From positions 15,523-79,522 of IMG/VR virus record IMGVR_UViG_2895374923_000002: DNA of 64,000 nt, one strand, 5' to 3'. How positions within the stretch are numbered: the first letter of the stretch is position 1; each line of letters begins with the position of its first letter. Under the pieces are notes generated by a model. That model was not told the origin of the DNA. It saw only the letters and a program-made list of their open reading frames with translations, and did not search any database. This document shows, in pieces, positions 9,215 to 19,499 of this stretch. This stretch comes from a virus. The translations under genes and the position numbers were made by a program.

Positions 9215-10373
9215 ATGACCAGCACCAACACCGCGAAGCCACATCTCGTCGCCGCCGTGAACGAACTCGGCGCACTGGCCTGCGCGGTCCGGCCCGACTG
9301 GACCGTCACCGAAGTCACCGGCGCCCTCGTCGACGCCCGAACGGTCGGCATGACCTGGGCACAGACGATCGTCGGCATGGCCCGGCTGATCGTGGACCTG
9401 CAGGCGCGGCCCGGTGAACTCGTCCCGACGCGTACAGAACCGCCGAGGTCCGCGCGCCGGACTGCCGTGCTGGAGAGCCACGCCAGCGAACTCCAGGCTG
9501 CGCGCGACGCCTGCGCGGCCGGCACAGCCAAGCTCAAGGCCGCCGAGCAGGTGAGCGAGTCGTGAGCGACCCCACCGACGCTGTCGTCGATCGGCTGGAG
9601 ATCGAGCGCCTTCGCGGCTCACGAGACGAGACGCCCGCGGACCCGTTGGGCGACCTGATCGCGACCCTGGCTCGCCTGCTGGCCAACCCCGGGCCACCAG
9701 ACCACAAGATCCCCGAGGAGCAGCGATGAGCCGCGGTTGGCCATCCCGCGTGGAGTGGGCTGCCGCTGCCGAGCACGCGGTTCGGACGGCCTGCTACCCG
9801 ATGGAGCGTGTCCCTGAGGGCGCCGAGCACTACCTGACCTCGGACGAGGTCGGGGAGATGGACCGCCTGTACGTGGAGTTGTCCAAGGCGGTCCGGGCGC
9901 CGCTCACGGCGGAGATCAAGAGGCTTCAAGGTGTGCTTCCGTGGCCGCCGCCGGCCAAGCCGATCGATCGGTCCCGCTGGTATGACGCGCTCACTCCGGC
10001 CTGCCAGGCCGCCTGGCAGAAACTCCAGGAGCTGCGCAACGCCCGCCTGGAGATCGGGCGCCGCGCCAACGGCCACACCCACAAGCTGATCACCTGGCTG
10101 CGTTCGCCACTCGACTACAGCGTCCTGTCGCCGGCCGCGGCGCCGTTCGTGCCCGACCAGGAAGCGCTCGGCCGTCTCGCCGATCTGGAAGCGAAGTATG
10201 CCCGCCTCCGGCAGCAGGCAGCTGACGACGCCTTGGCCGCAGCCATCCAGCGAGAGATCGCCAAGCGGAACTCGGACGAGGGCTGGGCCAAGGAGTTGGA
10301 GCACCGGGCCCGCATCGACGGCAATCACGTGACCGCTCCCTCCCTACCTCAAGGAGACACCCCGAATGTCTGA
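9215..10373 (+). other. Three hypothetical phage genes (9215-9565, 9562-9729, 9726-10373)
   Basis: Overlapping stop/start ORFs. Confidence 0.55.
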
Positions 10374-11460
10374 CAAGACCAAGATCGAGTGGTCGGATGC
10401 GACCTGGAATCCAGTCACTGGCTGCACGAAGATCAGCCCTGGATGCGATCACTGCTACGCCGAGGGCATCGCCCGTCGATTCGCTGGCGGCAAGGCATTC
10501 CCGAACGGCTTCGACGTGACCTTGCAGCCGAAGCGGCTCGACCAGCCTCTCCGCTGGCGCGAGCCTCGCCGGATCTTCGTCAACAGCATGTCCGACCTCT
10601 TCCACGAGGACGTGCCGGACGAGTACATCGCCCAGGTGTGGACGGTCATGGCGAAGACGCCTCAGCACACCTACCAGATCTTGACCAAGCGGCACGCGCG
10701 GATGCGATCTGTGGTCCGCCGCATCGCGTGGAGGCTGCCCACCACCGAAGGGCGTTCTCAGGGAGTGCGCGGTTCGGTCGCCTACGTCCAGAACAGCGAG
10801 CTGCTCAACGAGCACCTGGGCGCTCCCGAGGTGCTGCCGAACGTGTGGTTGGGCGTCTCGGTCGAGAACCAGCAGTGGGCGGAGACTCGGATCCCGGCTC
10901 TGCTGGAGACGCCGGCGGCGGTGAGGTTCATCTCGGCGGAGCCGCTGCTCGGCCCCGTGAACCTGCGCCGTCTTCAGGTACGGGGCCGGGTGATCGACTG
11001 TCTCGGCGGGGACGTCGTCGATCCGAGCGACGGCGCTGTCCTGTACGGCACGCCGAGCGTCCTCGACTGGGTGATCGTCGGCGGCGAGTCCGGACCGGGC
11101 GCCCGACCAATGCACCCGGATTGGGCCCGCGGTCTCCGCAACCAGTGCCAGGGCTATGCCGCCTTTCACTTTAAGCAGCACGGCGAATGGGAGCCGCTCG
11201 GTCCGCTGTACGGCGATGTCAGCGACGACGAAGAAGCGGACGACGCCCGCATGGAAGCGGTCGGCCTGGAGGTGGTCGAGGGCAAGCAGGTCATCCAGCT
11301 CGAACGGGATGGCTACATCGCCGAGGGCCACCAGCCTGCCGATTCCCGAACGTGGCTGATGGCCAAGGTCGGCAAGAAGCGCGCCGGCCGCGAGCTCGAT
11401 GGGCGGACCTGGGACCAGTTCCCTGACACCAAGCCGCAGGAGGTGGCCCTCCATGGTTGA
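10366..11460 (+). CDS. Phage Gp37/Gp68 family (DUF5131) radical-SAM-like protein
   Basis: TKIEWSDATWNPVTGCTKISPGCDHCYA, IFVNSMSDLFH, WLGVSVENQ, FISAEPLLG, WVIVGGESG. Confidence 0.92.
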   Translation: MSDKTKIEWSDATWNPVTGCTKISPGCDHCYAEGIARRFAGGKAFPNGFDVTLQPKRLDQPLRWREPRRIFVNSMSDLFHEDVPDEYIAQVWTVMAKTPQHTYQILTKRHARMRSVVRRIAWRLPTTEGRSQGVRGSVAYVQNSELLNEHLGAPEVLPNVWLGVSVENQQWAETRIPALLETPAAVRFISAEPLLGPVNLRRLQVRGRVIDCLGGDVVDPSDGAVLYGTPSVLDWVIVGGESGPGARPMHPDWARGLRNQCQGYAAFHFKQHGEWEPLGPLYGDVSDDEEADDARMEAVGLEVVEGKQVIQLERDGYIAEGHQPADSRTWLMAKVGKKRAGRELDGRTWDQFPDTKPQEVALHG

Positions 11461-11860
11461 GATCACGCCCGGCGAGGCCAGGACCGTGGCTGTGGATTTC
11501 GACGGTGTGATCCACGCGTACAGTCGCGGCTGGCATGACGGCAGCATCTACGACGATGCGATCCCCGGCGCCCTGGACGGAGTGCGCGCGCTGATGGCGC
11601 ACTTCAGCGTGTTCATCCACACGAGCAGGACCGCCGGGCATGTCGCTGAGTGGCTCATCGAGCACGGCATCCAGGCGGTGACGCACAGCCAGGCCGAAGC
11701 CGCCGGCGAGCCTGTCCAGTTCTGGACGGAGCGCGGTCTGGTGCTCGTCAGCAACCGCAAGCTGCCAGCGATTGTGTATCTGGATGACAGGGCGGTCCGG
11801 TTCACGTCGTGGGCCGCCGCGCTGGCCGTGTTGCTGCCGGAGGTGGCTGATCATGGGTGA
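11453..11860 (+). CDS. HAD-superfamily phosphatase/nucleotidase
   Basis: VAVDFDGVIH (DxD motif I), HTSR, YLDDRA. Confidence 0.85.
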   Translation: MVEITPGEARTVAVDFDGVIHAYSRGWHDGSIYDDAIPGALDGVRALMAHFSVFIHTSRTAGHVAEWLIEHGIQAVTHSQAEAAGEPVQFWTERGLVLVSNRKLPAIVYLDDRAVRFTSWAAALAVLLPEVADHG

Positions 11861-12044
11861 CAAGCCGCTCATGATCGTCCCTCTGCCGGTGGACGCCACC
11901 TTGTTCTGCGCCCTGGTCAACGCCGCGTGCGCCCACGCCGAGCAGCTCGGCCACGTCCTCACCACCGCAGACATGCGTAACGAGGAGACCGTCTGGGGAA
12001 CCGCCGTCACCTTCCGTATGCCCGAGGAGGCACCGAATGCCTGA
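11853..12044 (+). CDS. Small hypothetical protein
   Basis: Coupled ORF with SD. Confidence 0.5.
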   Translation: MGDKPLMIVPLPVDATLFCALVNAACAHAEQLGHVLTTADMRNEETVWGTAVTFRMPEEAPNA

Positions 12045-12531
12045 GTCCACGTACGACAGCACCGCCGACACCCTGAAGCACTCGCTCCGGGTGGGCGCCC
12101 TGATGGGCGAGGCGATCAAGGAACTGGTGGATCGGTCGGTCCGCCACGACCTGTCGAAGACCGAACCGCCCGAGCTGGAGATCTTCAACGAGTTCACGCC
12201 CAGACTCAAGAGCTCCACGTACGGCAGCGACGAGTACAAGGGCTTCCTGGAGGCGATGGGCCCGGCGCTCCAGCACCACTATCAGGCAAATCGGCATCAC
12301 CCTGAACGGTTCGGCGAGCGAGGCATCAACGGGATGACCCTCGTGGACCTGATCGAGATGCTCGCCGACTGGAAGGCCGCGACCGAACGCCATGACGACG
12401 GAGATCTGGCCAAGAGCCTGCAGCTCCAGAAGGAGCGGTTCGGCATCTCCGACCAGCTCGCCGAGATCCTGCGAAACACGGCCGAGCACTTCGGGTGGGT
12501 CCAGTCCGAGGGGGCGGACCGCCGTGGCTGA
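12037..12531 (+). CDS. DUF5662-like HD-fold protein
   Basis: KH...RHDLSK, HHYQANRHHPE, LIEMLADWKAA. Confidence 0.7.
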   Translation: MPESTYDSTADTLKHSLRVGALMGEAIKELVDRSVRHDLSKTEPPELEIFNEFTPRLKSSTYGSDEYKGFLEAMGPALQHHYQANRHHPERFGERGINGMTLVDLIEMLADWKAATERHDDGDLAKSLQLQKERFGISDQLAEILRNTAEHFGWVQSEGADRRG

Positions 12532-13008
12532 CGCCTCGAAGTGCCCCCACTGCGACCCCATCCACGCCTCTCGCCTCCTGGCTGGAGAAGGCGGCGAAGT
12601 TCTTCGACGAGCAGGTCATCTCTGATCAGCCGGAGTGCCCTCGCTGCGACGAGGGCCACGACCACGGCACGTGGCTGATCCACGACGGCGGCTGCGGAGA
12701 CGTGATCGACGGCCCGGACGACTGCCAGTGCTTCGCAGGCGCGCTGGCTGTGGCTCGGGTCATCAACGGAACCGAGGCGGCTGATCATGGGTGATCTTGC
12801 CGACGCGCTGTCGGACCTGGATCCCGTACGCCCGCTGGAGCGACACCCCGCGCTCCCTCCGGACCGGACCCCGTACAGGGCGTATCGGAGCAACAGCACT
12901 AGGGAGCGGGGAGTGCTCGACGACCTGGCCGCCCTGACCGCCAGCCGCACTGCTTGGGGCGCGGCCAGCAACCTGTTCAACCCGATCAACGAAGGAGATC
13001 ACTCATGA
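12495..13008 (+). other. Two small hypothetical genes (to 12794; 12787-13008)
   Basis: ORFs; start of the first is uncertain. Confidence 0.4.
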
Positions 13009-13250
13009 ACGCCCAAAACTGGATCAAGAGCAGCAGGTGCAATGGCCAGACCGCCTGCGTCGAGTTCGCCTTCCTGGCGGACGGCAACGTCGCTCTCCGG
13101 GACAGCAAGGAGCAGGACGGACCGGTGCTGGCGTACTCGCCCGCCGAATGGGAGGCGTTCGTCCTCGGCGTGAAGGCCGGCGAGTTCGACACCGACAAGC
13201 TGACCGTGGATGCCGCCACCGAGCCCGGAGAGCCCGTCTCGCGCCTTTAG
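13005..13250 (+). CDS. DUF397 domain protein
   Basis: WIKSSRC....CVEFA...VALRDSK...GPVL.YSPAEW.AFV.GVKAGEFD. Confidence 0.93.
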   Translation: MNAQNWIKSSRCNGQTACVEFAFLADGNVALRDSKEQDGPVLAYSPAEWEAFVLGVKAGEFDTDKLTVDAATEPGEPVSRL

Positions 13251-13392
13251 GGGCGTCCCGGGTCCACGGATAGCAACCCGTCCGAGTTCGTGTCACAGGG
13301 GCAACTACGGCCCCTCGGCTCGAAGACCAGTTTGATCTTCGAGCATGAGTCAGCAGATCCACATCGAGATTCGAGTGAGGAATCGAACAGCA

Positions 13393-13836
13393 ATGACCTA
13401 CTTCACCAACAACCTCACCGCCGAAGAGGAGCGCCTACGCGCCCTCGGCCCGGACCGCGTCCTCATCGCCGAGTTCGCCGGCGACCGGCCCGAGATCGTC
13501 TGCCTGTGCGGATCCACCCGCTTCCCCGATGCATTTCGGGAAGCGACCCTCCGAGAGACGCTGGCCGGGCGGATCGTGGTGTCGATCGGCTGCAACATGC
13601 GCACAGACACCGAGGTCTTCGGTGCCATGTCCGAGACGGACCTGCGAGAGGTCAAGATCCGGCTCGATGAGCTGCACAAGCGCAAGATCGACCTGGCGGA
13701 TCGGGTCCAGGTGCTCAATGTGGGCGGCTACGTAGGAGACAGCACCCGCTCGGAGATCGAGTACGCCTGCTCGCTTGGCAAGCCGGTCAGCTACCTCGAA
13801 CCAGCCGCTGAGCAGGGTGACGAGGTAGCCCGATGA
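13393..13836 (+). CDS. Nucleoside 2-deoxyribosyltransferase-like / DUF4406-like protein
   Basis: IVCLCGSTRF...H.RKIDLAD...LNVGGYVGDSTRSEIEYA..LGKPV. Confidence 0.65.
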   Translation: MTYFTNNLTAEEERLRALGPDRVLIAEFAGDRPEIVCLCGSTRFPDAFREATLRETLAGRIVVSIGCNMRTDTEVFGAMSETDLREVKIRLDELHKRKIDLADRVQVLNVGGYVGDSTRSEIEYACSLGKPVSYLEPAAEQGDEVAR

Positions 13837-14510
13837 GCGACCTCACCAAGTGGCCCCGCCTGCTCGTGGTGGGCGAGACGGTCACGCGAGAGCAGGCCAA
13901 CGAGATCCTGATCCGGACCGACGGCCTGAGCCCTTGCATCAACGACCGGGCGTGGGCGCGGACCGTCAAGGACCTGGCCACCGAGTTCGGTCGTCCGCCC
14001 GCCTACGACTACAGCCGGATGGGCGAGGAGCCCGGCTCGCGGCGGGAACACTACGAGGCCGACCAGGCATGGCGCGCTCGGATGGGCTTGCTGGACCTGC
14101 ACTACCTGGGCAACTCTCGCATCGCGTCGTCGTGGCTGGGCGGCCCGCATGGCTGGTGCGACTGGACCGGCACGATCAGCTGCTCCAACTACAACATCGG
14201 CAAATGGCCATCCGCGGAGGAAGTCAACGAGGACTGGACGACCATCGCGAAGGCTTTCCCGTACCTGAGCCTGCACGCCCAACTCATCACTGACGAAGGC
14301 GAGGGCGAAGTCGCGGCCACATGGGCGATCAAAGACGGCCAGGCTGCGCTGGTCGAGCCTGTCGAACGGATAGCCGAGGTCCGCGACGACGTGGAGCCCA
14401 TGGTGTTCGGGCTGCTCTACAGCGCCGGCCGAGAGCGCGGCGTGTCGATCAACCGGCTCCGCGAAGCGCTCACCCAGGTCGCCGCCCAGCAGTCTAGGGA
14501 GGCGTCGTGA
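13833..14510 (+). CDS. Hypothetical phage protein
   Basis: 225 aa coupled ORF. Confidence 0.65.
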   Translation: MSDLTKWPRLLVVGETVTREQANEILIRTDGLSPCINDRAWARTVKDLATEFGRPPAYDYSRMGEEPGSRREHYEADQAWRARMGLLDLHYLGNSRIASSWLGGPHGWCDWTGTISCSNYNIGKWPSAEEVNEDWTTIAKAFPYLSLHAQLITDEGEGEVAATWAIKDGQAALVEPVERIAEVRDDVEPMVFGLLYSAGRERGVSINRLREALTQVAAQQSREAS

Positions 14511-15529
14511 AGGTCGTCTGGTCCTACGTCAAGGTCAACAAGCGCGGTGGTCCCCTCGATGACGTCGAGACCAAGGACCTGGTCGATGTCGAAGCGCCAC
14601 GCAACCGGCGGGAGCGTCGTGCCGTTGAGGCGTGGAAACGCAAGCAGGCTCGCGCCCAGCGGTCTGGGAAGGCGTCCCGATGACCGAGATCCCCCAGTTC
14701 CAGATCATGCGCCGCTTCCGGCTGGTCCGAGACCATGACCCGACCGGCATCAGCGACACCGGCGTGGTCGCGGAAGGCGTCGTGGTCAGCGACGGCTGGG
14801 CCGTCACGCACTGGCTGGACCGGCCGCCGATGCACGAGCCGACCATGACCACGTGGCTCTATCGGGGCCATCACGGGATCGAGAAGGTCCACGGTCACGG
14901 CGGAGCGACACGCATCGCGTGGCTCGACATTCCGATGCCACCAGCCCCGGACTACGCCTCTGTCTGGCAGGAGCTTCGCGGCTACGTCATGCAGGCGATC
15001 GACGGCGGCGGAGCCATCGACCCGGCCAGCCTGTTGCGGTATCTCGACGAGCTCAAGAGCCATGCGCACGCGTCCGGCCGCCAATGGTTCAAGGACATCC
15101 TCGCAGGCCGCGAAGCAGGGGAGGCGTCGTGACCTCTGTCTCTCACCGTGAGGTGACCCAGGTCTGGGAGGAGTACTCCATCCCACTCCCCGCCGTGTGG
15201 GGCGACCTGAAGGACCTGGTGATCCTAGCCGGTAGAGCGCTCGGCGACGAGGAATCCACGTGGGACGACGCCGCCCAGGTGGTCGCCACCGACGAAGAGC
15301 TGATTGTCCGCTGGGAGAAGCCGGAGGTGTCCCGGTGAGCGATCCGACCGACTACCGTCCCCGCCCCTACCTGCGGCACGGCAACAAGAACCCGCAGAAC
15401 CTGTACCTGGTCCAGGTGGCGCTTGTGGATGGCACCGTGACCACGACGGAGACGTTCTACGCGGTGGCCATGAGCCCGGAGTTCGCGGCCGATCTTGTCG
15501 CCGCGTACAACGCCAGGGAGTCCGGGTGA
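14507..15529 (+). other. Four small hypothetical genes (14507-14683, 14680-15132, 15129-15338, 15335-15529)
   Basis: GTGA/ATGA overlaps with GGAGG SD. Confidence 0.55.
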
Positions 15530-15533
15530 CGGG

Positions 15534-15728
15534 CTACTCGGAAGCGGACTCCGGACGTTCAGGGAGCTTGGCCCCAGGATCTCCGACGTACCAGCGGACG
15601 AAGGCGCGCAGCACCTTGGACATGTCGGCCTCGGGGTCGTCGCTCCTCTCGACGGCTTCGCCGAAGCGTTTCCACAGGTCGTCGGTTGTGCGGAAGCGCC
15701 TGAGGCCGCCGGGGCCCTTCTCTGCCAT
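15534..15728 (-). CDS. Ribbon-helix-helix DNA-binding protein
   Basis: RRFRTTDDLWKRFGEAV...DMSKVLRAFVRWYVG pattern. Confidence 0.75.
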   Translation of the reverse strand: MAEKGPGGLRRFRTTDDLWKRFGEAVERSDDPEADMSKVLRAFVRWYVGDPGAKLPERPESASE

Positions 15729-15741
15729 TGGTGTGTCCTCT

Positions 15742-15799
15742 CTGTGGCTACAAAAAGTCTCTCACAGGGCTTGTAGTGTGGCTACAATGTAGCTACATT
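15742..15799 (+). promoter_or_regulatory. Housekeeping-sigma promoter with overlapping palindromic operator
   Basis: TTGTAG(15771)-17 bp-TACATT(15794); palindrome AATGTAGCTACATT 15786-15799; TGTGGCTACA at 15742 and 15777. Confidence 0.7.
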
Positions 15800-15830
15800 A
15801 GAGGCATCAGCAAGAGCGAGCCGGGGAGCG

Positions 15831-16878
15831 GTGATGGCGATGGGCAACTGGTGGATCGTGATGCTCCCGGGCGAGGACGCCAGTCTCAGCGAGATGTACG
15901 GGCCGTTCCGCTCCGAGGACACCGCCCAGGCCGTCGCCGACAAGTGGAACCGCGACGCCAGCCCCGGCGACCAGGCCCAGATCATGCCGATCCTGCCCGC
16001 CCGCGAGATCGCCAATGCGACCCGACTCTGATCAAGGAGATGTGATCACGCTCATGGCCACCGAGACCCGCACCGAGTACGCCATCCAGATCAGCCATCT
16101 CCGCCACGGCAAGCGCGAGACGGTCATCGAGACCTTCCCGGGCCGCGAGACCGACAAGGCGTTCGTCGAGGGACAGGTTCTGGCTGAACGCGCATGGCAG
16201 GAGAGCGTGGACGTGTCCCCGGACGCTCGACTCGTCTCCCGCACCGTGACCGTCAGCGAGTGGTACGCGATCTGACCCCTCTGGCCCGGCTCTCCCTGCC
16301 GGGCCCACATCCCAACCCGCTCCCCCTGATCTTGAGGAGACGTGATGACAGAGACCGCGTACGCGGAGCAGGTGATGACCGTCATCAAGCGCTTCCCCAG
16401 CGGCGCCCGCACCGTACGAATCGCCGACGGCGTCGAGATCGGGATCGACCACAAGGTCCGCATCTACTGGGCCACCCCGCAGGGTTGGGACTGGGTCATC
16501 GCCCCCGGCAACCCCTTCATCCAGCAGAACCACATCCGCGTCCTGGGCGACTCCACCGGCTGGCCGTCCACCTGGGACACCGAATTCGTCTGGACCGGAC
16601 CCATCTAGGAGAACCCGTGAGCAACCTGCACCCCGAAGACCTCGCCGAACTCGCCTGGCGCGACGACAGCGACGACCGGCCGGCCGAAGAGGACCCCAAC
16701 CTCGACATCGAACCCGAACTCACTGATCACCCGGCGACCGGAGAGGCCCCCTTCTGAAATGTGCGTTTCCTGCGGCCTGCTCGCCGCCGGCGAGATTGAC
16801 CTGGTCACCGCTGACGTGTGTGACGACGACGAGTGCGGCATCCCGTACGTGCCCGCCGAGCCCACCTACGAGGACTGA
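15831..16878 (+). other. Cluster of small hypothetical genes (15831-16031, 16054-16275, 16342-16608, 16617-16757 and a short Cys-containing ORF)
   Basis: Short ORFs with SD sequences downstream of the promoter. Confidence 0.55.
16273..16347 (+). repeat. Intergenic leader element, copy 1 (related copy at 17136-17205)
   Basis: TGACC..CTGGCC(C)GGCTC(T)CCC(T)GCCGG..TCCCAA..CCCC..TGA..GAGGAG..TGA..ATG. Confidence 0.5.
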
Positions 16879-16880
16879 CC

Positions 16881-17138
16881 GTGTGGTCACCGCCGCCCGA
16901 CGCAGACGCCGCCATCCGGGAGCACCTGGTCTACCCGGCGGAGATCGCCCGCAGGACCGGTGTGACCCGCGGAGCGGTCGGCAACTGGATGGCTCGTTAC
17001 CCAACCCTCGCCGGGCTGGCGATCGTGGAGCTCTGGCACGGGGGAGCGGTGTTCTGGTGGCCGCAGGTAGCTGCGGAACTGGAGCGACTCGGGCTTCCTG
17101 ACCACCGGTACGGCAAGCGTAAGCCGCGTGACGCCTGA
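16881..17138 (+). CDS. HTH DNA-binding protein
   Basis: LVYPAEIARRTGVTRGAVGNWMARYP. Confidence 0.7.
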   Translation: MWSPPPDADAAIREHLVYPAEIARRTGVTRGAVGNWMARYPTLAGLAIVELWHGGAVFWWPQVAAELERLGLPDHRYGKRKPRDA

Positions 17139-17205
17139 CCTTCCTGGCCGGCTCCCCGCCGGTCCTTTACGTCCCAAATCCCCGACTGAGGAGGTGATAC
17201 CGATG
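17136..17205 (+). repeat. Intergenic leader element, copy 2
   Basis: Colinear similarity to 16273-16347. Confidence 0.5.
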
Positions 17206-19499
17206 GTCAAGACCTACTGGGGTGACCGATTCGGCCAGCCGCTGCCGTTCAAGGAGCGCGCCGGCGACGCTAAGCCGGACTGGAGGCCGAAGCCTCTGCC
17301 AGCCAAGGTTGAGCTACCCCCATTGCCGGAGAAGGCCGACCCGGATAGTGGCCGAAAGCGGTGCCGATGTGGGCGCCCCGGCTGCACGTCCTGCCCCGAG
17401 GAGCGCTGACATGGACAAGCCGCCCACGAACAGGTGGAAGGTCACCGTCGGCTCCGAGGTGCCGAAGTCCTTCCGCAGCGAGAACAAGGCGTACGCGTTC
17501 GTCCGCGAGCAGCTCCCGCACGGCCACCGGATCGTGGTCAACCAGTGGGAGAACGGCCGGTGGCTGCTGTACGAGGTGTTCGAGGCCACCGCGCCCGACG
17601 ACAGCGAAGGCGCAGCAGAGCGCCGCATCGCGGACAACTGAGGAGGGCTAGCGGTGGACCTGAGCACCATGACCAGCGGCGCGCTCATCCTCGCGATCGA
17701 CGGCCACGACGAGAGCTCCTGCGGCTGCGAGTGCTGCGCCGAGTGGAACCGTCGCACCGCCGAGGAGGGCTGCTGACCGATGGCACCCGATGACTTCACC
17801 CAGGACCTTCTGCGCCGCTGCTTATGGGCACTGGAGCACAACCACGGGCGCCCCAAGGGCGTCTGGTCGACCGGTGAGCAGGTCGCCGTTGCGCTCGTCC
17901 TCGGCGACATGGCCACCCTGGCCGAGCACGGCTACACCGTGAGGCAGGCGTGGCAGCGGACACGCTACGAGCTGCCCAAGCCCGCGCCGGCGATGACCGC
18001 CTGGCTGCAAGACGTACGCGACAAGCTCGCCGATCTTCAAGGGGACTCCGGCCGGTGAGCGTGGTCCGGATCCGGCCGGCTGTCGATTTCTTGGCAGCCC
18101 TCCTGCCGGGTCGTAAGCGACCGTGGCACTCACCCACCCACCGTGAAAGGACGGCCCGGTGAAGGCCCACAGAATCATCCCGGGAGTGGTCTACGGCTAC
18201 CAGCACGAGCCTGGAGACGTCGCGCCGGTCGTGTTCCTCGCCCCGCTCGACGCCGGCCACCTCTACCAGGAGGCGTCGTACTCGCAGCGCCATCATATTG
18301 GGCGAGCGTTCGTCCAATGTGAGCCCGGCCGGCGCGTTGGTCGCGGGCGCGGCTATCCGGCAGTGAGGTCGGATGGAGGCGTGCCGGCGGACGCGCTGAC
18401 GCGGGTCACGCTCGCCGAGTTCGAGAGCGCGGACTCCACGGAGCTCGGTGTCGGAGGCCAAACGGTCACCTTGACAGTGATCACCTCGGTCGCGGCGGTC
18501 GTCACCTGGACCGAAAAGGTGAACGCCGCCTACGAGCAGCGCTGGCACGACGAACAGACACGCCTTGCCGTACTCCACGAGGAGAGTTCGGACGCCCGCG
18601 CCCAAGCCCTGGCCCTGGTCGAGGCGCTCGCCGCGCGAGGCATCACCGCGAGCGTGGATAACGCCCACCGCCCGACCGGGCTGCTGATAGCGCTGAACGA
18701 CGTAGGAACGTTGCTCGCTGAATCGCCTGAGGAGGGGTGACCCCCATGGCTGAGATCAACATCCCTCGCGGCCCCATCGACTCCGAGCCTGTCGGAGCGA
18801 TCCGGTACGACGTGCTCACCGAGAACGGCATCGAAGTCCGTCGGCAAGCCCTCCTCGAAGCGCTTACGGGAGTGCCGCTTGGCGCCCACGACCATGCGAT
18901 GGTGGACGCTCTGGCCGGGTGGGACACGGGCCCGCTGGTCGCGGTTTGCTCGTGGCTGGACCGAGTCCGGGAGGCTCCCGATGCCTGACCTCGACACCGG
19001 CTGGCCATACGACGCCGACCAGCATGACCCGCTCACCAAGCTCCGCATCGCGGTGGTGGGCCACGCCTGGCCGCGCTGGAACTACATTGTCGCCTTCGAC
19101 ACCGGACGCCTGGACGAAGAGCTGACCCGCCCTACCGACCAGGAGGCGGCGATGATCGTCTCCTTCCTGGAGGAGTACATCGGCCACTGGTACAACGAGA
19201 CCTGGAAGGACAAGCTCCGCCAGCGCCCGTTTGACATCGACGGCGGAGCCAACGGCGTGACCTTCCGCAAGTGGGGCGACAACGACTGGGGATACCGCCG
19301 CCGCACCTGGACCATGGGCCCCACCTATGTGCCGACCCACCCGCGCACGCGCAGCATCGAGAAGAGTCCCGGCCCGCTGACGCTTCTCCAGGTGATGGAC
19401 CGTATCCACACGATGGTCGATGAGGTCAGCCCGCACTGGCTGGAGTGGAAGGCCACCCACCCTGAGATCTTCGGGGAGGCTCCCGATGACCACACCTGA
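17203..19499 (+). other. Cluster of hypothetical genes (17203-17409, 17411-17641, 17780-18058, 18159-18740, 18737-18988, 18981-19499)
   Basis: Tandem ORFs with SD and coupling. Confidence 0.55.

Noticed and set aside
12524-12794. Possible frameshifted gene (GTG 12524 ADASKCPHCDP continuing into the 12495 frame)
   Set aside because: Cannot distinguish a real frameshift, an alternative start or a sequencing error without homologs
10366-13836. Z-base (purZ/datZ) or 7-deazaguanine modification cluster
   Set aside because: No PurZ, QueC/D/E, FolE or DpdA motifs seen; only generic HAD/HD/radical-SAM-like proteins
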